A stretch of 64,000 nucleotides of DNA from Pseudomonadota bacterium (GTDB lineage: Bacteria; Desulfobacterota; Binatia; Binatales; Binataceae), in assembly GCA_021324855.1 (NCBI GenBank), contig JAJPIG010000006.1:32344-96343 (forward strand). The letters are read 5' to 3'. The notes below the pieces were generated by a model. The model saw nothing but the letters and a program-made list of their open reading frames with translations. It was not told where the DNA came from and did no database searches. Of this stretch, positions 58,761-64,000 are shown piece after piece. The translations under genes and the position numbers were made by a program. How positions within the stretch are numbered: the stretch's first letter is position 1; the number at the start of each line of letters is the position of its first letter.

Positions 58761-59737
58761 CGCGACCCCATCGAAGAGAAATCGACGCGCGGATCGACCG
58801 CCACCAGTGCGATGTCGGCGAGCAGGTTGCCGAGCAGCAGCAGGACGGTGCCCATCAGCACCGAGCCCATCACGAGGTAGACATCGAGCGAGCGCACCGC
58901 ATCGAGCAGCAGCAGACCGAGACCCTGCAGATTCATCACCGCTTCGACCAGCGCCGCGCCGCCGAGCAGGTCGGCGAGCGCGTAGCCAGCCATCGTGACG
59001 AACGGGTTCAGCGCGTTGCGCAGCACATGCTTGTAGATCACGACGCGCTCGCTCAGTCCCTTGGCGCGCGCGGTGCGCACGAATTCCGAATTCTTGATCT
59101 CGAGGATCTGCGAGCGCATCAGCCGCATCAGCGAGGCCATTCCGGCGGTGCCGAGCACAATGACGGGAAGGATTAGATGGTTGATGCGGTCGGCGATCCT
59201 GGACATCGTGTCGAGACTCGCGTAATCGACCGAGAAGGTGCCGCCCACCGGGAACCATCCGGTGCGCAGCGCGAAATACATCAGCAGGAAGGCAAAAAAG
59301 AAGTTCGGCACCGACATCCCGAAGAAGGCGAGAAACGAGAGCACGCGATCCCAGATCGAGTTCTGCCGGGTGGCGACGATGACTCCGATCGGAATCGCGA
59401 GCGCCCACGCGAAAATCATGCTCGAAAGCGACAGTATGACGGTGTTCAGCGCCCGCGATCCGATCAGGCTCAACACGCTCACGCGATAGGCAAGCGAGAT
59501 GCCGAGGTTTAGATGGAGCACCGCCCAGAGCCACTTCGCGTAACGAAGCATCAGCGGCTGATCGAGTCCGAACTGCGCCTCCATTTGCCGGATCACCGCG
59601 GGCGGGATCGAAGGATTCATGCGCAGATTGGAGAGGAAGTCACCCGGCACCAGCGACATCACGAGAAACGAGATGAACGTGATCCCCACGATCAGCGGGA
59701 TCATGTTGAGGATGCGTTTGAGTAAAAAGCGGGTCAT
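58757..59737 (-). CDS. oppB: Peptide ABC transporter permease (OppB/DppB)
   Basis: PGD, FGLDQP, FVRTARAKGL, HVLRNAL and DPRV motifs. Confidence 0.92.
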   Translation of the reverse strand: MTRFLLKRILNMIPLIVGITFISFLVMSLVPGDFLSNLRMNPSIPPAVIRQMEAQFGLDQPLMLRYAKWLWAVLHLNLGISLAYRVSVLSLIGSRALNTVILSLSSMIFAWALAIPIGVIVATRQNSIWDRVLSFLAFFGMSVPNFFFAFLLMYFALRTGWFPVGGTFSVDYASLDTMSRIADRINHLILPVIVLGTAGMASLMRLMRSQILEIKNSEFVRTARAKGLSERVVIYKHVLRNALNPFVTMAGYALADLLGGAALVEAVMNLQGLGLLLLDAVRSLDVYLVMGSVLMGTVLLLLGNLLADIALVAVDPRVDFSSMGSR

Positions 59738-59752
59738 CGCGGCAGGCTGCGA

Positions 59753-61492
59753 TCACTCCGGGCGGAACTCGATCAGCTCGGGCTTGTAAAGTCCCCATAC
59801 GGTCGGGTGGTAGTTCTCGAGCGAATTCTTCCACGCCTCGAAGCGCTGCTCGCGGACGGTTTCGATGATCGGCAACTGGTCGTGAAGAATCTGCTGAATC
59901 TGCCAGTAGTAGGGCGCGCGCTGCTTCGGATCCATCACCATCGTGCCTTGATCGAGCAACTGATCGATTTTCGCCTCCCAGGGCGTCGCCGGTTCGGGCT
60001 GAGCGGGATTCCAGATGTGCAGATTCCCGGATGAGCGCAGGAAGTTCGAGGCATTGTTCGGCTCGATCGTGCCGGTGAAGCCAATCAGTACGCAGTCCCA
60101 ATCGAAACTCGTGTCGAGCCTTTCGACCAAAGTCGTGAACTCCAGCGGCCGATAATTGACGCGGATGCCCAGCTTCGCGAGGTCCTGCTGGAATATGACG
60201 CACATCTGGTCGCGAATCTTCACGCCGGTGTTGGTCGTCAGGTTGAAAACGATCGGACGGCCATGCGGATCGCCGCGCACGCCGGGCTTGATCAGGCGAT
60301 AGCCGGCGGCATCGAGGATTTTCGCCGCCAGCGCGAGATCGTAGGCGTAATCCTTGAGATTCGGATTGTGAAAGACCTTGTTGGCGGGCGAGATGTCAGC
60401 GACGGCGGGCGTTGCCAGCCCCTGGAAGCAGAGATTGATCATCGCCTGCTTGTCGACCGCGTGCGCCATGGCGCGCAGAAAATTGATGTCAGTGAACCAC
60501 GTGAGCCGCGGATCCGTCATGCCGTTGTGCACGTAATGGCGCGGATTGCGATTGAAGGAAAAAAACAACGAGCCGGTGTCGATGCCGATCTTATCGACCG
60601 TGATGTGCAGCTCCGCGGCGTGTTTCTCAAGCGTCGCGACTTCCTCGGGCCGCGGCCCGTAGACATCGATCTGCCCGGAGAGGAAACGCAGGTACTGCGC
60701 ATTCTGATCCTGAACAATGAGCTGCGTCTGTCCCTTGAGACGCGGAAGCGGTCCGCCGTTGGTATCCTTCATCCAGTAATCGGGATTGCGCCGATAGTCG
60801 ACGAGCTGGCTCGGCACGTAGCGGATCATGCCGAACTGGCCCGTTCCGACAAGCTTCGCGGGCGGCGTGTCGATGCCCCAAAGCTGATTGAAGCGGCCCG
60901 CATCGTAAGCAGGTTCCAGAACATGCGCGGGCAGGATCGCGAAGCCCATAGCATAGAGCAGCGGCGCGAACGGCCGCGGCAGGATCATCCGCACCGTGTG
61001 ATCGTCAGCCGCTTCGACTCGAATCGGCTTGCCATCGACGGTGATCGACGGCGCGATACTGTTGGCTACGTGTGGATCGTAAACCACGTGCATCGTGAAA
61101 ACCACGTCGCGCGCGGTGAACGGCTGACCATCGCTCCATTTGACGTCCCGCCGCAGATGAAACGTAATCGTCCGCCCTCCGTCGGCGATGTCCCAGCTCT
61201 CGGCGAGGTCGGGTTCGGGCAACGTGGTGATCGCGTCGTACTTGATCAAGCCTTCGAAGAGATTATCCAGCACCGTTCCCGAAGCCGCGTCGGTGACGAG
61301 GACCGGATTGAAGGTTTTGGGATCGCTGATGGTCGCAGAGTAGAGGATTTGATCGTGAGCATGGTCGCCGCGCGGTCGATCTACATGACATCCGGCGCTG
61401 AGCGCGAGTGCGGCGGATGCCGCGATGAAAACCCAGGCTTGCAGCCTTCCCTCAACTGCGAGGCGTCGCGGGCGTCGGTGGGGGATGGTCAA
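59753..61492 (-). CDS. oppA: Peptide ABC transporter substrate-binding lipoprotein (OppA/DppA)
   Basis: Lipobox SAGC; DPKTFNP, PDLAESW and WSDGQPFTARDV family 5 SBP signature; start uncertain. Confidence 0.9.
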   Translation of the reverse strand: MTIPHRRPRRLAVEGRLQAWVFIAASAALALSAGCHVDRPRGDHAHDQILYSATISDPKTFNPVLVTDAASGTVLDNLFEGLIKYDAITTLPEPDLAESWDIADGGRTITFHLRRDVKWSDGQPFTARDVVFTMHVVYDPHVANSIAPSITVDGKPIRVEAADDHTVRMILPRPFAPLLYAMGFAILPAHVLEPAYDAGRFNQLWGIDTPPAKLVGTGQFGMIRYVPSQLVDYRRNPDYWMKDTNGGPLPRLKGQTQLIVQDQNAQYLRFLSGQIDVYGPRPEEVATLEKHAAELHITVDKIGIDTGSLFFSFNRNPRHYVHNGMTDPRLTWFTDINFLRAMAHAVDKQAMINLCFQGLATPAVADISPANKVFHNPNLKDYAYDLALAAKILDAAGYRLIKPGVRGDPHGRPIVFNLTTNTGVKIRDQMCVIFQQDLAKLGIRVNYRPLEFTTLVERLDTSFDWDCVLIGFTGTIEPNNASNFLRSSGNLHIWNPAQPEPATPWEAKIDQLLDQGTMVMDPKQRAPYYWQIQQILHDQLPIIETVREQRFEAWKNSLENYHPTVWGLYKPELIEFRPE

Positions 61493-62273
61493 GATCGATC
61501 TCCTTGGTTGTCGGTCCGGGGGTCAGCGTGAACATCGCGGGCGCGAGCGGCGCGTTCACGATCGGCCGTTTGAACGTCAGCTTCAACGAAGAGCCGGCGG
61601 CTGGAAAGTCGGCATCGATCGAATAGGGGAACATCAACGCGCCGATGTCGTGGTAGTCAGCGTATCGCACTTCGTATCGAATCTGACCTGCGCCGTCGCT
61701 TTCGCGCATGCCGACCAGGTTGTCGCCGGCAAAGCGGGCCTCGCGATGGCCGCCATCGGCCGCCGGGTAGTTAATCACGATTGCGCCGCCCTGATCGATC
61801 GTGGCTTCACCGCGCGACGCAAGATCCTCGGAATCCGGCGCGATTGCCATCAGGAGATCGACCGCCGCTTTGGGCTCCATCGGGATTTGCGCGAAGCGCT
61901 CGAGCCCGTCGGCGGTAGCCGCGCCGTGCATCAGGACGTTCTTGCCGGGATCGTAAATCTGAAGACGGGAGCCGTCGACTGCGACGATCAGCGCGACGCC
62001 GAACGGCGAGCTTGCCTCAACGCGCAGCCGCTCGGGTCTCATCACTAGTATTTGCTCGCGCGCCTTCAAATGCCGATTACCGGCGTGATATTCCATCACG
62101 GCCGCAGTACTGAGTGACGTCAGTCCTTGATCACGCACGGCAATCGCGCTCATAAGCTGCTGAAACTGCTGCGGGCTTAGGGCGGGAGCGATGGGGACGG
62201 GCGGTGAGGGCGGACGAACGGCTGAACAGGCCGCCAGCGTACAAAGAATCAACCACTGCGCCAGCCGGCGCAT
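61452..62273 (-). CDS. LolB-like / DUF4292-like outer membrane lipoprotein
   Basis: Lipobox LAAC; RPERLRVE..SPFG LolA/LolB-fold pattern; follows a TPR gene. Confidence 0.65.
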   Translation of the reverse strand: MRRLAQWLILCTLAACSAVRPPSPPVPIAPALSPQQFQQLMSAIAVRDQGLTSLSTAAVMEYHAGNRHLKAREQILVMRPERLRVEASSPFGVALIVAVDGSRLQIYDPGKNVLMHGAATADGLERFAQIPMEPKAAVDLLMAIAPDSEDLASRGEATIDQGGAIVINYPAADGGHREARFAGDNLVGMRESDGAGQIRYEVRYADYHDIGALMFPYSIDADFPAAGSSLKLTFKRPIVNAPLAPAMFTLTPGPTTKEIDLDHPPPTPATPRS

Positions 62274-62306
62274 CACTCCGACCGCGGCATGTCCCGGCGT
62301 TTGAAA

Positions 62307-64000
62307 TCAGCGGCCCTGGCGCGCTTCCCCGACATTCTGCAGGCCTTGCAGCTTGCCTTTCAGCCGCTCGACCTGCTCGTTCTCGGAGGCCTTCTTCAGA
62401 GCGAGCTGATATTCCTGGCGCGCGTCACCATCTCTGCCAAGCTTGAGATAGGCGTCGCCCAGGTGCTCGGCGATCGTCGGATCGTCGCCGGTGAGGTTGA
62501 CCGCGCGTTGCAACTGGACGATGGCTTTGGCGTACTGACCCTTCTGGTAATAGACCCATCCGAGGCTGTCGATATAAAAACCGTCCTCGGGCTCGATATC
62601 GAGCGCGCGCTTGACGAGCTGCTCGGCTTCGTTCAGGTTTCGGCCGTCTTCAGCATAGGTGTAGCCTAGATAATTAAGCGCGGCGGCATTGCCCGGGTTG
62701 AGCTGGATCGCGCGCTCCATCTCCGCGACGCTCAGCGCTTTCTGCTTGTTTTCGTCATAGAGCGCGCCGAGCGTGAAGTGAAACTTGTCGTTCTTGGGAT
62801 CGAGCGCGACCATCTTCTGCGCCAGAGCGATCGCCGCGGGATAATCCTTCTTTTCCTGGTAAACGCCGACCAGGAAACCCATGATCTCGGTGTCTTGCGG
62901 CTTCTGCGCCAGTGCCTGCTTCAGTGCCTCTATGGCGTGGTCGTAATTCTTCTGCTTGTCGTAGAGATAAGCGAGCTGCAGACGCGCATCGACATAATGC
63001 GAGCTGGTTTCGGGAATCTGCTCGAACTCGGAGGCGGCCTTGTCGTTTTCGTGCAGCTCACTGTACGCCGCGCCGAGATAATAGTGCACCGCCCAGTTCT
63101 TCGGCTCGGAGCCAAGCACCAGGTTGAACTCGGTGGTCGCCTCAGCGTAGTCGCCGCGCTCGAAATAAAGCAGACCGATCTTGGTGCGCGTATCGGCGGG
63201 GTTCGTTTCAATTTCTTCGAGGCGCTTGAGCTGGCCCATCGCCGCATCGTACTTCTTCTGCCCGACGTAGAGTTCAGCCAAGCGTTTGCGCACCAGCTCA
63301 TTATTCGGATTGAGCTGCAGCACGCGCTGGTAATACTGGATCGCTTCCTTGGGCTTGCTTTGGATTTCGCGCAGCAACGCGAGATCGAGCAGGACCAGCT
63401 CGGACTGCGGATTCAGCCGGAGAGCGTCGTCATAATACTGCTCGGCCTTGTCGTAGTTCTTGGCTGCGACCATCACACGGCCGGCATAGTAGTAACCGAG
63501 GAAGGAATCAGGGTCGAGCGAGATCAGCTTGTGAAAGGTTTGCTCGGCCTGGTCGTAGTCGCCACGTTTCGCGTAGAGCGTCCCAAGATAAAGGTAGGCC
63601 TCTTGGTTGTCGGGCTTGAGCTTGAGGACGGTTTGATACTCCTGCTCCGCCACCTGATCGTTGCCGAGCGCCGACTGGATGCCGGCGGCGAGCAGATGGG
63701 CTTGTACGGAGTTGGGTTCGATCGCGATCGCGTGGTTCACTTCGTCGAGCGCGCGCTTGAGTTCGCCATTGCGGACATAGAGTGTAGCCAGCCGAATCCT
63801 GAGCAAGCCATTATTCGGATCATACTTGACGGCCTGCTGGTAATCGTCGAGCGCTTCCGTACGGTCGCCTTGATCGGTCGCGACCTCGGCCTTCAGGAAC
63901 GCGCCCATCGCACGGGCCTGGGCGGGGATGTCGACCGGCTCGGCGCCGCCGAACGGATGGTCCGCGGCATCGCTGACTTGGCCCGTCCCGATCGACTTGT
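62307..64000 (-). CDS. Tetratricopeptide repeat protein, 5' partial
   Basis: Many TPRs; ALNYLGY...YIDSLGWVY...EHLGD C-terminal signature; frame is open to the window edge. Confidence 0.9.
   Translation of the reverse strand, partial: KSIGTGQVSDAADHPFGGAEPVDIPAQARAMGAFLKAEVATDQGDRTEALDDYQQAVKYDPNNGLLRIRLATLYVRNGELKRALDEVNHAIAIEPNSVQAHLLAAGIQSALGNDQVAEQEYQTVLKLKPDNQEAYLYLGTLYAKRGDYDQAEQTFHKLISLDPDSFLGYYYAGRVMVAAKNYDKAEQYYDDALRLNPQSELVLLDLALLREIQSKPKEAIQYYQRVLQLNPNNELVRKRLAELYVGQKKYDAAMGQLKRLEEIETNPADTRTKIGLLYFERGDYAEATTEFNLVLGSEPKNWAVHYYLGAAYSELHENDKAASEFEQIPETSSHYVDARLQLAYLYDKQKNYDHAIEALKQALAQKPQDTEIMGFLVGVYQEKKDYPAAIALAQKMVALDPKNDKFHFTLGALYDENKQKALSVAEMERAIQLNPGNAAALNYLGYTYAEDGRNLNEAEQLVKRALDIEPEDGFYIDSLGWVYYQKGQYAKAIVQLQRAVNLTGDDPTIAEHLGDAYLKLGRDGDARQEYQLALKKASENEQVERLKGKLQGLQNVGEARQGR

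Noticed and set aside
58761-59534. 622-aa oppC ORF suggesting a fusion
   Set aside because: The extension overlaps oppB in another frame; ATG 58760 is coupled to the oppB stop

Overview
High-GC, gene-dense bacterial chromosomal window with a diderm envelope (lipoproteins, outer-membrane barrel, LolB-like protein). Gene content and the xerC-hslVU-argBDFGH-lysA-dapF-dapA order suggest a deltaproteobacterium-like organism, possibly Candidatus Binatota; this is inference only. 1-8.7 kb: a BNR/YCF48 protein, an RND/MMPL transporter and a DUF1302-like barrel run into a tryptophan tryptophylquinone (TTQ) amine dehydrogenase cluster (mauB-mauE-mauD-cytochrome c, converging on cytochrome c-mauA). No mauG, amicyanin or azurin is in view. 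9-28 kb: accessory metabolic, stress and envelope genes, three tandem glycine-zipper/poly-Gln lipoproteins, and an ECF sigma factor coupled to an Ogt protein with a C-terminal Ada Zn domain. 28-50 kb: housekeeping genes, with an unannotated 57-aa Cys/His microprotein between argG and argH. 50-64 kb: yqjG, an O-methyltransferase, a small AT-richer patch with a truncated dam, a stand-alone rplS, bactofilin, an Opp/Dpp ABC operon, and LolB-like and TPR genes. I found no rRNA, tRNA, CRISPR array or intact mobile element. The best candidates for undescribed systems are the MauG-less TTQ dehydrogenase with paired cytochromes plus an uptake module, the ECF/Ogt-Ada alkylation module, and the lipoprotein triplet. 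All calls come from motif reading by eye; no database searches were run.
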